A stretch of DNA of 62,753 nucleotides, filler included, from Rhabdomonas costata (GCA_019059605.1; 43 parts of 43 records of this genome joined end to end with filler, not necessarily neighbours in it), one strand, 5' to 3'. Numbered from the whole stretch's first letter, positions 12,665 through 26,034 are shown. Program-made: numbers and translations. The notes: a model not told the origin generated them from the letters alone.

Positions 12665-13706
12665 GTGTCAAGTGCTAAGTGAGGTCGTTGACTGCCACTA
12701 TGGGGCACGCACTTTTCGCTAAGGCGCCGTCACTGGTCGCTCGCGAATGGCTTCCGCTTCGCATGTGGGGAGACAGACAAACTCAGCTGTCTTTAAGTCA
12801 AGAAACAAGCATTTGCGGAGACAGCAGTGGGAAGTGGTTTTCAGACGGGCTGTGCGGCCAAGGGCACTCGTTTGTTGTGTGGCATGTTACTCATCTGATT
12901 CCGCAGTGGTCTGACGTTTACTATCGGGGCTTGACCTGAATACGTGCTTGCTTCAGGATGCTTCACGGATAAAATCAAGCCGTTGTATCAATGCAACGAT
13001 TGTATCGTAGCTTCGATCGATTGATGTGGGTGCCTGCGGAATCAGATGAGTAACAACCCACANNNNNNNNNNNNNNNNNNNNNNNNNNNNNNNNNNNNNN
13101 NNNNNNTTAATTAATTAANNNNNNNNNNNNNNNNNNNNNNNNNNNNNNNNNNNNNNNNNNNNTTCCATTGGGAACGAAGCTGGCGAGCAACAAAGCCGCA
13201 GTCGCTCAAGGAGGTCTGGAGGGCCAGAGTGAAGCTCCGGCACTTCAGCCTAGGCAAGAAGAGCAGGAAGCGTGAGAACTACGGCCGTCTACTTTTGACC
13301 TGGGCGAAGAGCTCATCACTTTGAAAGTGGCGATTTCCCACTAACAGAGATGGCCGAGGTGCCTGCATGTGTGTGTGTCTCTGTGCGGTGTCTGTGTGGA
13401 GTCGCCAGATTCTGCGGAAGTGAGACTCTTAAGGAAACCCACCTGGACAGGAACTCGCAAGCCCACAACTACAGTGTTTGATACATGAATAAATATGTGA
13501 ACGGCAATGTCTGGGAGCTACTTTCACCTCAGGAGAGGTGGGGATACATATTCCACGTCATTGTTGCTTCTCAGGAAAATCTCAGTTCACTTCCTGTTGG
13601 GTGGCTTTATGGCAGTTTCCCTTAGAAGGTTCTGAATCTGGGATTGAGCAAATGACCATATCCCTCCACTCCCTTGGCTTTCCTCTCGTACCCTCCTACC
13701 ACATAC

Positions 13707-14524
13707 TTGGACACAGAGAGCTCCTCCGATTCCTCGCAGTTTTCAGGGGAGGATTGCACAGTGGCCACGGACTGCGGAGCAGAGGAGTAGAAGACGCGCC
13801 CGCTGAGCCCCTGAGGGGTGAGCTCATAAAGGGTGACAGCCCTCGCGATGCCCTTAAGGGCACGCGGGCCCAGCAGGGTGCTCGCCACCCCGTCCGCCAG
13901 GGTGGGTAGGTTGTCGTGCACAACCTTTTCGAAGGCCTCGGAGCACACGATCTGTCCGCCCTGCGCCACGGCGGCCAGGCGGGCGGAGAGGTTGACCTGT
14001 CCGCAGGAGACAGAGATACGGATGGAATGCAGGATGGACTGCCGTGGGGACTGGCAACGTTTGCGTCATACAACAGCATCATTCAGCCAGCGCCCGGGGC
14101 CCACTCGCCAGTCTGGACATTTGCCACCATTCCCAGCAATGCCATCACACAATTTCGTGCGATCAGCAGGAAGTTTTGGAAACGAGAGTCGGCGTTGTCC
14201 CACTGCCTCTATCGACCCATCGGATAAATTTTTTGCTTCACACAGAAATTTCGCACCACCCGCGCCAGCGCATTTCTTTGCACCCCCTGAACAGAGCGGG
14301 AATGACCTCACGCTGGCGTCCTCAGCATATTTTGCAGCAGAGGGTTCCCCACCTGATCAAAAACCCTTCCGCAAAACGGACGTTAAACTGAAGCTCATGA
14401 GATCATGAGATCGGGCTCAAAGCTGCCACACCATTGGGCCAAAGTAGTCCATCCTCTTGGTGACCGGGTCCAGCTCGCAATTTGGCCTCCCAACGTGCAG
14501 GCCCATCCGCACGCGAACCCCGTT
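13707..14524 (-). CDS. Class III adenylate cyclase catalytic domain, two exons (partial)
   Basis: Exon 14524-14432 [30 protein letters not shown] joins exon 13996-~13707 [20 protein letters not shown]...LKGI...LYEL. The adenine-specifying Asp and the catalytic NxxxR are present. The DPVT-x-R-x-DYxG arm is of the trypanosomatid/fungal type. Confidence 0.93.
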
Positions 14525-15878
14525 NNNNNNNNNNNNNNNNNNNNNNNNNNNNNNNNNNNNNNNNNNNNTTAATTAATTAANNNNNNNNNNNNNNNNNNNN
14601 NNNNNNNNNNNNNNNNNNNNNNNNTTGTGTGGGGAAATATATGTGACCAGCGGTTCAATGGGTTCATGCTCCACAGCAGCAGCTTAACTTAACTTAACGT
14701 GCTTAGCTTTGCTTATACTTCGTTTTCGCAGAGAATGTGCGTATCATTGGTATACATTCTGCCCCCCCCCCCCAAGGTCTGAAGCAGCCTGAAGCAGCGG
14801 TTTCCTTCCGAGCGACGCAGACAATGGGAAAGAGACGAGGGCAGGGGAAAATGCATCCCAGAAACTGTGCTACATGATGTGGTATGTGGTGATCAGGGAT
14901 TCTCGGCTCTTTTCCAATGCCTCCAATGTCATGTGAGGGTCAGTTTGCAACAAGGCCACTGGACCGGACCCGGAGTCGGAGCAAAAGCTTTCATGCTGGC
15001 ACCGGAGTACGGAGAGGGCCGGAATGCTTGTGCTGCGGTGTGCTGTGCCGGCATGGGTACGGGCTGGTTAGCAGGAAATGTGCCACGCAGCCACCCTCCC
15101 ATGAAAGGTTATTGAGACGACCCCTAACCGAAGGGAGGTCCACCCCTCGTTAGCAAGGTTCACAGGATGGCCACAACACTGCACGGTGCGCCCAAGTATT
15201 TATCTGTCATAATCTCCATAAGCCACAAAATGGGTGATGCATTGAATGCTCCACATTTAACCCCCATCGCATTCGTGGAAACACCCCCACCCATGCTCAT
15301 AAGTCAGGGTCCCCAGACACAGCGGATGCAGAACGTTTGAAGGAAGGAGCAGAGACGGGTAGTGCGGGCCACTAGAAGGACTCCGGGTGCCCACCCACCT
15401 GCGCAATCGCCTCAGTGAAGTTGACCGCCGCAACACCTTCCTTCAGCCGCCTGCGAAGGAAACACAACCTTATGGAAACGGACACCGCCTTGAAGAGCGT
15501 TGTACGTTGTGGCAAGCTCTGCATGTGCTGTTCTGTCTGTTCTGTACAGGAACTTGACCCGGGCTGCATGGAAAGACTCGCGGAGGTGCAAGAGCTCGCA
15601 CACGCTCACTCTCGTGCACACAAAGCTCACCAGCTACCACTTCCACTTCCACTGGCGGCACCATCCGAACCATACCTCGAGCACCTCCAGCACTGACCAG
15701 AGAGGCAGTGGCTCCGTCGCGGGGCACGAGGCACCACGTGTCCATCAGCACCGTGACGCAAAAGTAGTTCCGTGGCCGTTATGGATCACCACACAACCAC
15801 TCAGGCGACTCGTTTGTGCCACAGTTACAAAAGTTGCCACCACAAGCGTCGAGGTTTCATTGACTCACAATTTTATTA

Positions 15879-15975
15879 TCTCTCTCCGCTCATGGCTCTT
15901 CCCTAAGCTGCGGAAACCACGTTGAAGGCACTCGGGTTTTCCGCAGCTTAGGGAAAAGCCATGAGCGGAGAGAGA
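15879..15975. repeat. Contig-terminal inverted repeat (~40 bp arms)
   Basis: 15879-15918 pairs with 15935-15975 with one mismatch and one indel; it ends 11 nt from the contig end. Confidence 0.9.
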
Positions 15976-17551
15976 CCAACCACCCCNNNNNNNNNNNNNN
16001 NNNNNNNNNNNNNNNNNNNNNNNNNNNNNNTTAATTAATTAANNNNNNNNNNNNNNNNNNNNNNNNNNNNNNNNNNNNNNNNNNNNAGAAGTGAAGGCAG
16101 CGTTGATGGGCTTGCCATTTGTTCAGCGGGCGTTGTTGGAAAAAGACGCCCATCGCAGAAGCGATTCTCTGCCCCACAACCCACCCTTGGGACCTTGCCG
16201 GCGTGGGCTCCGCCACTCCAGAAACATCCACTACAAGAAATCTGACACCCTGAGCCCACGTCCACATCTCTACGACATTCTCGGGGTTTCGCCACGTCGA
16301 ACCCCTTGCACCCGCTGCAGCTTGAGTTATGCAACCCCAGCCACTTCCACAGGATGCGGTGAACAGATGTTTGTGGTATTCCAGTCCGTCGTTCCAGCTT
16401 GCGGACTGACACCAGGAAGTGCGGGTGATTGCCATGCGAATTTTTGACGCAGTGGCTGAGGTGGAGTCTAAAGGACCCGGCCGCGCCCCAACACACGGCC
16501 TTCGGCCCGGAAGCGACGGACCAGACGCATAATCATACTCACAGCAGGCCCTTGCCGCCCGTTTCCCTCTGGCATGAAGCGCCGCCGGGCATTCTCACTT
16601 TCTCCGCTGTGGACGAAGCAATTCAGGAAAAGGGCAAGAAAGGGCACAACTGAAGTATAATTTGACCTGTGAATCCCATACAAAGCACGACCGAACTGGG
16701 GGTGTGCACGAAATTCTCCCAGGCACGCTGTGTGGGCATCCACCCAAACCCCAAACCACGCCATTGGCCATTGTACTGTAAGAACCATTGGGGAATGTTG
16801 TATGTAAATATCATTTGGAGTCACTCCCGGACCGGACCGGAGACCTAACATTGACCTCAGAACTCGAGCTAGATTGACGGGTTGGGGCTCATATTTGGTG
16901 GTGCGGTAGTACTCCTGAGATGAGTTGGTTGGCCGCTTCCCGGCCTCGGAGTTCTTCTCTACGCCGAGCTATGGCCCCATCAAGGTCCCCTTTTGGACCT
17001 TTTAAGGGCATTTTCGACTTACAAGGGCCTTTACACAGGCTTGCAAGGGCCCTTTTTGGTCCCTTGCAGGCCTGCATACTGAGAAGAGAAAGAACTGTAG
17101 GCTGGCACACCGTCCGCCCACCTGGACGCCGGTGTGCCAGCAACGATTTTTACTGTTGTGTTGAGTTGCTTGTGGTTTGCTTCTGGAAAAGTTTTTTGTG
17201 TGTGCGGGGGGAGGGGGATTGAAGGCGTCTCTGCAGCTTCGCGAGTCTCCGCGGCGGCATCAGGGGCCTCCGCCGCGAGCACGGCGCCTCCCTCAATCCC
17301 CAGGTCCGACGGACCAGCAGACAGCAACAACTGGGTGAGGCTGGAGCAGGAGGAGGCTCAGAACAAGGCATATATGCGCGCGCCCTTGCTGGAACTTACT
17401 GGGAACTCCATTTTTAAGGATGCGCTCACCGCTGTGACACACCAACCCNNNNNNNNNNNNNNNNNNNNNNNNNNNNNNNNNNNNNNNNNNNNTTAATTAA
17501 TTAANNNNNNNNNNNNNNNNNNNNNNNNNNNNNNNNNNNNNNNNNNNNTTT

Positions 17552-17895
17552 TTGCTCCGGTCCCAAAGGGCACCTCTAGGGAATAGAAGAAGATTTCAGC
17601 AGAAGTTAGTCCCCTGTCCGAAGCATTTTTCCCAGCATTCTATCGATTCTGTATCGAGAAAGCTAACCGAGTTCTCCTCTCATCATCGCTTCCTTCCTAC
17701 AGTGTGAGCTTCACCCATGATATTCTCTCTCTCTCTCTCTTTCTCTTCGTTCTGGGTCCTTCGCCCAATCCATTGTCCTTATCTTGCCGGCCTCCGAACC
17801 TCCTCCAATCATTAAGGGTCACTCCTGGAACGGGGGACTAACTTCTGCTGAAATCTTCTTCTATTCCCTAGAGGTGCCCTTTGGGACCGGAGCAA
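17552..17895. repeat. Contig-terminal perfect inverted repeat (63 bp arms)
   Basis: 17552-17614 is the exact reverse complement of 17833-17895; the left arm starts at the contig start. Confidence 0.95.
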
Positions 17896-18006
17896 GAACC
17901 AGACCAGAGGACCTGACGCCAGTATCATAACTTTACCCAGATTGGTCTCGCCAGCCTGTGGGTGTGGATTGTACACGCGGGTCGATCTGGGTATGGGCTT
18001 TTTTAG

Positions 18007-18681
18007 TGGAGCCTGAGATTCGCATCGTGGAGAAGATTGTCGAGGTGCCGATCACTGTCGAGAAGATCATTGAGAGGTTCCAGACCCCATCCCTGGCATC
18101 ATAATATTGCCCGTGCCGTCTTAAAAGTGAAAAGCCGCAAAAGGGGTACCTAAAAGCGATTATTTGGACTTACGCCGGGTTTTAAGGATCGTAAGAAGTG
18201 GGTCTTTTCGAAACCATGTCAGCGTAGTTGCTTCTTGTGCACTGGAAGCTCGTAAATTCAGGTCCTTGGGTTTGGCGATGTTTGGCCGATGTGCTTGTTA
18301 CATTAGTTGTAATTTTTCGCTTCTAATTTTGACATGGCGCGGGCCATAGAAGTGCACCACCCCCTCCGATCCATACCTGAATTTCCAAGTTTAAGTGTGA
18401 TGGTTGCATCCTGTAAGCAGCCAGTGCGTCGCCAGCTTTTAGCGTGGAATGGGGTGGTATCGTGATGATGATGCACTTCACACCGACGTGCAGCGGTGCC
18501 GGCCAGAAACCACCTGAGCATCCATCCCTCTTTGACAGGTTCCACGAGGTTCCGGTGCCCTACCCATGTGTGGCCCCGGACCCATGCTACGCTGGTGTGT
18601 TCCGCACCGATGCCCACGCACACGCACACGTACACACACATAGAGCCAATGGAGCGTATGTGTAGCCACTGGGAACAGTAG
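18007..18681 (+). CDS. Articulin/epiplasmin-like pellicle protein, last three exons
   Basis: Exons 18007-18076 (EPEIRIVEKIVEVPITVEKIIER), 18539-18594 (FHEVPVPYPCVAPDPCYA) and 18644-18681 (EPMERMCSHWEQ*) join in phase. EKIVEVP and EVPVPYP are the Val/Pro/Glu repeats of articulins, epiplasmins and alveolins. Confidence 0.7.
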
Positions 18682-18879
18682 TTGCGCGACAAAGGACTGG
18701 GCAGCAGGGAAGTTGCCAAATACAGAACTCTCGGCGGTGAGCGGGTACCCCACGACACTGAAGGAACGCTTCAAAGGCATCTCCCCGAGAGGCGCCAACA
18801 TTGCATTCGCCTGTCAGTGGATAGCCGTCACCAGAAGCCATTCAGGCAACAGCCAGCGCGCAATGCGCTTTTTTCACAG

Positions 18880-18910
<31 letters not shown>

Positions 18911-20281
18911 ANNNNNNNNNNNNNNNNNNNNNNNNNNNNNNNNNNNNNNNNNNNNTTAATTAATTAANNNNNNNNNNNNNNNNNNNNNNNNNNNNNNNNN
19001 NNNNNNNNNNNTTGTTGGGGGAGCTGATAATTGAGCACGTCGAGGAAAGGCCCACCCACCCACTCGCAACCCCACCCTTCCACACACACCTTCCTAGCCT
19101 CCGCTCGGGCCTCCTCCTCCACACCCTGAGAAAGAAACATGCAAAAAAAAGGAAATGGGTGTGTACAGCCGAACCCCAAGGGAATTGGGTAAATCTCTCT
19201 CTTTTTTTTTTTTTTTGCGTCGGTGCAGTAGGTTGGGGGTGGTGCTCACTTGTCAACGTCAACAACTCCACAATAAAAGCGGACCAACGTGTTGCTCTCC
19301 AAACCACCTGTGGGGCCCATTGTACATCAAAGGGCATTTTCCGACTCGCAGATGTGAGCCCTCGAGCAGTCAAAAAACTTGGGAAACGACGTAGACGTCG
19401 ACGTTAAAATCCCTTCTTGTTCTTACAATTTTTTATTTACAAATTTCAAAAAAAAAAAAGAAGCCGGCCTGGTGCAGCAAACGGAAATATAACAATAGCT
19501 ACAACTTTTTAAATTGTGAAAAAGGACAACCATGCTTCGAACAGTCAGAATTCCTGCGTCTAAAACGACTGAGCACGATTTTTTCTTCCATTTTTTTCTT
19601 CCTATTTCTGGTGTTTTTTAAAATGCCTTGTGCAGCAATTCGAATTGTTAACAGATCTTTTGTTTTATTTTTCTTTTCCATTTTGTTTTTGCAAAAAAGA
19701 CCAAGTCCATTTTTACAACAATTATTTCAATCTCTTCCTACAATTTCTTTGCAATTGAAAATAGAAATGGGTCGACACTGTGCAGCCCTGCGCACACACA
19801 AACACTTCACACACACTTGGTGCACTTGGCAAGGATGACTGGGGAGGACTCGAGGTCAACTTCCCCGCTGGGCTCCCACCTTTCGTCGGGGCATGGGCCC
19901 ATCGGGGCTCACCCTTGTCGGCCCATGCTGCCTTGTCCCGCTGTCTTGTCACGTAGGGTTGGTTTACCCTATGTGACCCCTGACCCACAGTGTACGCGGG
20001 GCCTTGGGAACCCCAATTGGCGCGTTTAGAGATCTTTTTGTGGGTACCCAACCTTCCGCGCTCGTATACTTCCTCTGGGCGCTATTACCTTGTGGGTTTG
20101 GGTCCTCCATCCCACTCCGGGCTTTGACCCGCTTTCCTGGTGGACGGCATGGTTACCTTACTCTGTCCCTGCTGCCATCTGGACCTCACTTCTCTCCACA
20201 CCCCGCTTGCCCGGGCATCCCTTCGTGCCCTGTGAGCCCTCCGTATTGCTTCCTCACTCCCTCTTTGGTCTCCCACTTCTC

Positions 20282-20319
<38 letters not shown>

Positions 20320-20552
20320 CACACACACATAGCAAGGCACGTGCCTTCCACTGGGGGCTCTTCCGCACAACCACCCNNNNNNNNNNNNNNNNNNNNNNNN
20401 NNNNNNNNNNNNNNNNNNNNTTAATTAATTAANNNNNNNNNNNNNNNNNNNNNNNNNNNNNNNNNNNNNNNNNNNNGAAGTGGATCTTTTAGTGGACGAG
20501 GGGGTGATGGAGAAGGCGCGGTTCGCGTATTTGTTTACTCCGGTGCGTTCCG

Positions 20553-21351
20553 TCACCATTTTTCCTTCGAGTGCTCCTCGCATTCACCCATTGTTGCTGA
20601 GTTGCTGAATTTTCGGGAAGAGATGAATTTCACGGGTTGTGACAGTAGTTGGTCTTTCTTTAGCTTTGTAGTTTTGCCACCTAAGATGGCACTGGAGGTT
20701 TTCCTAGGTCCAGTATGGGTCGGGACTGGGAGAAACGTGGCTACTGTGCATATGTTTGTTGCCTGCCCCGTGGTTTCCGACAGTATAGCTCGCTGCTGTG
20801 TGCCGTCGCTACTGTTGGGCACCCCATATGTGCGGGCATGCCGAACGCTCTGTAATGAGCTGAACTGTGTGTTTAGGTTTTTATGCGCATGAAAGAGAGG
20901 GATTGTGTGAGGCAATCATACACACATTAAGCTGTTCGGTGATCTCAAAGGAAGCTCCTGCTCACATGGCGGCAAATCCTTGCTCATAGAATTCATGCTT
21001 GGGAACAGATTCACTCACGTGCGTAGACGTCTTCTTACGGAGGCAGGCGCACTGCGCTTGTCGAAGATGCTTCTCAATTCTGCCGAAAAATGAATTGATT
21101 ATATCATTTCCTGGGGTTTCTTCTGCAATTGCGCTCCTGCCTATGCTTTTACCGTCACCCGTCGTCCTTGTGCTCTTAGGTGGCCGTGGTTCAAGTGCAG
21201 AAGGCCGAGCAAGCTCTGGTCTGCTACCACATCTCCAGAGAGCTTCGCTCAGAAGTTCGTCAAGGTAGCCTAGCCGTTCAATTGCTGGAGAGTGTGGAAG
21301 CATTTTCGGGGTGGGACGTGGGCTGGCGGTAAACGGCGTGTTTGATTCCAC
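20553..21351 (-). CDS. Hypothetical protein, probably two exons
   Basis: Two long minus-strand open frames separated by a GTGAG donor near 20965 and a candidate AG near 20870. No family recognised. Confidence 0.3.
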
Positions 21352-21938
21352 GCTGCTGTGCCCCGGCTGTCTTCTTGCTGGGTTTTAACAGGGTCTATTT
21401 ACCCCATAATCTTGAAGCATTTTTCATCTTGCACGGTGGTGCTACAGTTATTGTTATGGTTAGTATTCAGAACATTGCCAATACATGACTGTTTCAACCG
21501 CTGGTCTGCTGCCTGCAGCAATGTGTGTGTGGGAACCGACGTTTTGTTCGCGGCTGTGAATGCCCACCACAAACAGCACAATCACCACAAGTAGGCTGGG
21601 GATACCTCTTTCTCTCGCGCCCACGCCTACGCCAACGCGTGCAATTGTACCATTTTTGCTCCACCCCACCAAGTGAAGCTCTGGGTTTCATTCCCGCCCG
21701 GGCAAGACCGACTCAAAACGGGCTCGTTCACCTCCCTTGCAACCACCGCTGTTCAGCGCTGCCATAGCAATTATTGAGCTGTGGTGATGGCTCCTGCTTG
21801 CGGGTCTTCACATTTATTCCGAAGTCTCCAACAAACCCNNNNNNNNNNNNNNNNNNNNNNNNNNNNNNNNNNNNNNNNNNNNTTAATTAATTAANNNNNN
21901 NNNNNNNNNNNNNNNNNNNNNNNNNNNNNNNNNNNNNN

Positions 21939-23272
21939 GGGGTGGTGGTGCCCGAGTCACTGGAAGCGAGTGTGCGGTTCAGGAAGCTTACGGTGGACCT
22001 GGCGCACGTGGAGGTACTCAAGAATCTTGTTTTTTCAGGAACCCTTTCTGCCTGAGCCCACTGAGCGAGTGTTGTAGTTTTTCATTGTAAGGCTCTGCGA
22101 GGTTATGCGAGGGATGCGAATTTGCGAGGTACAAGTCCAATGAAAAAATTGGGGGAGGGGGAGTGGTTACTAGTGGTTATATGGGTTACTGTGGTTACCG
22201 GTGGTTACAGAAAACTGGCTTTTGTGTGTAAATATACCACGAACGGTCATGTAAAATATGCCAGCACCTTCGAAATGACTTTTTTGCAAGGGGACCAGGT
22301 AAATTCTGCCAGTGCTTTAGACCCATTATGGAGTTTTGTGCAGTGGTAACAATGGAATTGCTGGAGAATTGCACACAGCTTTTCTTGTACTGCAAAAATG
22401 TGATGAATTCAGAGAGGTTCGGACGGATGGTTTTTTGGAGGCATACGGTGAACAGCAATATCCAATCTATGCACAACTGTGTTTGCGGGTGTGCGTTTCA
22501 GTGGAGACTGACTCCAGAGTAACCGCCACTCTCAAAAAATGTGAAATTGAGAAACGTTTTTGTGGTGAATAGTGTCCCACTGATTTGCTGCTTGCAGTCA
22601 AGCCTGGGCACCGTGGTGCGCGCCTTGGGCCGGAACTCCGGGCTGAACCCCCACAACGTGTGCCGAAGAGTGTTTGCGGAGCTCTCGGCCAGTCTGGTGC
22701 AGCCCATTGGTGTGGTGTTTTTTCCTTTTTTCTGTTCTCGTGTTCACATTTTTGTTTCAAGATCATAGGAGGATATCCAGGGCACAGTTCTGAAGCAACA
22801 TTAAGGGTCATCTCCCCTTGCGTCACAGTTACAAGACCAGCGGCATAAAAATAGGATTAAGTGACCTCTGTTCAGAATGTTGCAGACCCTTTATTTTTTT
22901 TTGTGGAAACAAAAGGGTGAGTGTAGCAGCAACAATTTTCCATCGCCCAATACTCCACGTGACAGAGTGACAACTGTGAAGCGCAAGAGAATTAGAAACC
23001 TGTCCGAAGGAAGAAAAACGTGATGGTCTGAGAAGAAAAGCAAGGAGAGCTGGTGTGTGCGTGTGTGTGTGTGTGTGTGGGTAGGATGCTTGAAGAAAGC
23101 GTTTGTGCGTACATTGAAATGTGTGGATAAAATCTCCCTTGTGTTTGCGACGTGCTGTGCCTTCTTTTTTTCAGCGGACCTTCTTCCCGCTCCTGGCAGC
23201 GCCATTGCTGTCATTACTCCCTCCGAGGGGGTGCTTGCCCACATCCCCTTCGCCGCGCTGCCTTTGGACTCT
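21939..23272 (+). CDS. CHAT-domain (caspase/HetF-like) protein, three exons (partial)
   Basis: Exons 21939-22013, 22598-22709 and 23175-~23272 splice in phase to ...VFAELSASLVQPIADLLPAPGSAIAVITPSEGVLAHIPFAALP. This matches the CHAT N-terminal LxxPI...PxGxLxxxPFAAL signature. The catalytic His/Cys lie outside the contig. Confidence 0.8.
22162..22210 (+). repeat. Five degenerate ~10-bp tandem units (GTGGTTACnn) in an intron
   Basis: agtggttact/agtggttata/tgggttact/gtggttaccg/gtggttacag. Confidence 0.75.
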
Positions 23273-23400
23273 TCCCCCCCCCACCAAACACAACCAACAC
23301 NNNNNNNNNNNNNNNNNNNNNNNNNNNNNNNNNNNNNNNNNNNNTTAATTAATTAANNNNNNNNNNNNNNNNNNNNNNNNNNNNNNNNNNNNNNNNNNNN

Positions 23401-24724
23401 TTTTGGGGTGGCGAGGATGGCGCTGACGTTTGATGAGTCCATCCTGTTCACCGTCAGCGACGACGGAGCGCTGTACATGTACGATGTCAAGGACAAGGAG
23501 GGCCGCTCGGCGAAGAAGGAGGTACCTTCGCGTCCACCCCAATGGGTCTATTGTCCGGGAAAGGCAGTCTGGTCCCGTGCCGCCCGTAGCCACTGCCCTT
23601 GTTTTAGCGGGATACAAGCCGAGGTAAATGCCCAAACCATCTCCCATTTCAATTGGATCGCGCGTCTTATCGGGGAACCGTATTCTACAGGGTGAGTGGG
23701 GAAAAAGCATCCCCAAAAGGAAAAGGAAAAGAGACATTAAGGGCTGCAGAGGTTTAGAGGTGAGGAAATTTGGCATTGTCACTGCACGAGCACGTGTACC
23801 GCCACGTAACCTGAGGCAAGTTGCTGGGGGGGGGCTCCCACGGACCTAACCCACCTAACCCCCTGCCTTTAGACTACCAAAGCTCCTTTTTGAATGTGTT
23901 GTACTCACTGCGCGCACACACATGCACACACACACGGCCGCAGATCACGTACGCCGAGGAGATCCTGATCTCCAAGGCCGACCTGGAGGAGAAGAACACC
24001 CTCATTGCGGAGCTCCGCGCGCGCGGCGAGGAGGTCAGGCTGGACATGGAGTACCAGCTACGCCGCCGCGAGATCAAGCACGAGGAGAAGCTCAAGGAGC
24101 TCGCCGACCAGTTCCGAGGTAGGGAAAGCGGGGGGAAGGGCGGTGTCCCTTTGCAGTTTACATTGAGGTAAATCCAGTCAATGGTGTCAATTTCAGACAC
24201 CGCACACAGCTTGAGGCTTGTGAAGCTTTAGTAGCTTAAGCCTGAACCGGCCTAGTTCCGGGGAGACGTCGGGAGCCATTCTGAATTCCACTCAAACCAT
24301 GCCCACAGTGTCAGCAGCACGTAGCACGGAGTCAAGTCCAACAAACCATACGGGCTATAATTCACAGAGGGCGAGAGGTCGAAATGTGTGTGCTGAAGAA
24401 TTAAATGATGATGAGAGTGCCGCGGAAGAAGGTGTGGGTTTCAAACAGGGGGCGCAGAAAAGGGCCATCTAACAAAACCGGACGCAGAACGAAGGAGCAG
24501 AGAGCAACAAGAGCACAAGGAAGGGGGAGCGGCTTCGGCTTCATTGGATGGACATTTGGACATTATAAGACGGACAGATACCGGTAACCGGTTTGCCCTT
24601 CTCAGAGGAGTCGGACCGCCAGCAGGCGCGGTACGAGAGTCTTTTGGCCGCGAAGAATGAGCAGGACATCAACTTCACAGAGATCCGCAGGGACCTCACG
24701 GAGAAGCACCGCGCCGAGACCTCG
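23401..24724 (+). CDS. CFAP57: Cilia- and flagella-associated protein 57 (WDR65), three exons (partial)
   Basis: Exons 23401-23521 (RMALTFDESILFTVSDDGALYMYDVKDKEGR), 23944-24118 (YAEEILISKADLEEK...MEYQLRRREIKHEEKLKELADQF) and 24606-24724. This is the WD40-to-coiled-coil junction characteristic of CFAP57. Confidence 0.92.
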
Positions 24725-25007
24725 GTGCTCGACCCCCCCCCCCCTCTGAGCTGCGCCGCCCGNNNNNNNNNNNNNNNNNNNNNNNNNNNNNNNNNNNNNN
24801 NNNNNNTTAATTAATTAANNNNNNNNNNNNNNNNNNNNNNNNNNNNNNNNNNNNNNNNNNNNGCCTTCAAAGGCTTTTCGACCTTGAAAGCATTTCAATC
24901 AAATAAACCTGGAATCGGTCAATCCCGTTTTGTTTGGGATGGGATCACGCCCTTACAGTGCTCGAAGATGCACCGAAGTCTACGGCACTCAACACTTGAG
25001 CACGCAC

Positions 25008-26034
25008 CCACACGAATTCCGCTGGGGTTCAGCGCGGACTTGTCCCCAGCCACGGTGTTCTTGTTGACGGAAATGCTGACGAACTCCAGGATCTTCTCCA
25101 TCTTGCCCCCGGTCAGGTTGTTGGGCCGCATATCCCACAGCAGGAGGTGGTTGTCCGAGCCCCCGGTCTCCAGCTTGTAGCCCTGAATGTGAGGTTTTCA
25201 GGCCTACAGTGCCGCACTTGGCCCCAAATCAGAGACTACGCTCATTCTTGCAGCTTACTTCGGCAATTCGGCTCGAATCCCGGCCTCTTTTGCTGGGTGA
25301 CTTTCACATGCAGGGACCGGAGCTGTTGCGGAACCGTTAACAGCTGCCGTAGGAAATCCTCATTACAATTCGCTGCAGGATGGTGTGCAAATACTGGGAC
25401 GTGAAGCCGAGCAACGCGAAGAGAAAAAGAATCAGTCTATATACCCTAATCAACACAAGGTGATGAAGGTCGCATCAGCGGTGCGGTGCGTTGTGCTGAG
25501 AGTCACCTTGCTAATCAGAGCCTCGGCCAGGGCTTGAGAGTTTTTGTTGACTTGCTGGGCGTACACGCGGAACTCTGGCGAGCACACCTCCTTAAACTGC
25601 GTCGCAATCGCCTGGAAAGAAATTGGTGTGGAAAACCGGGTGGAGGGTCGGAGGGATGGGAGTACTCATCGCAACGCATCGCAAACATTGCCACAAAATT
25701 CACCGTCAGAAAATACGGAGAAGAAAAGACGAGGACTGCAAGGGAAACAGCGCTACGAGGGAAAAACGCGGTCTTTTGGAGAATGGATACTCCTGCATTT
25801 TCACACAATTTCAAACCAGTAAAAGAGAAGAAAGGCCTCCCTGTATCCCTGTACCAATCATAGCCGTAGCGTATGTCTTTGAAACACACTCGCACACAAT
25901 GTTCATGTGGTACAGCAAGATATCCCCAACCGTCACCAACAAAACACACACCGCAATCTGGTGCTCGTGGGGCCCGCCCTGGAGCCCGGGGAACACCGCC
26001 GCGTTGATCTTCTCCACGAATCCGGTGGAGGTGC
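25008..26034 (-). CDS. SHMT: Serine hydroxymethyltransferase, three exons (partial)
   Basis: Exons 26034-25952 ([19 protein letters not shown]), 25611-25507 ([21 protein letters not shown]) and 25182-25008 ([11 protein letters not shown]...[22 protein letters not shown]). Confidence 0.97.

Noticed and set aside
16300..16360. CxxC...H...C knuckle of a non-LTR retrotransposon
   Set aside because: It needs assumed frameshifts, and there are no reverse transcriptase or endonuclease motifs nearby.
25265..25290. tRNA T-arm-like GGCTCGAATCC
   Set aside because: No acceptor, D or anticodon stems can be folded, and it lies in an SHMT intron.
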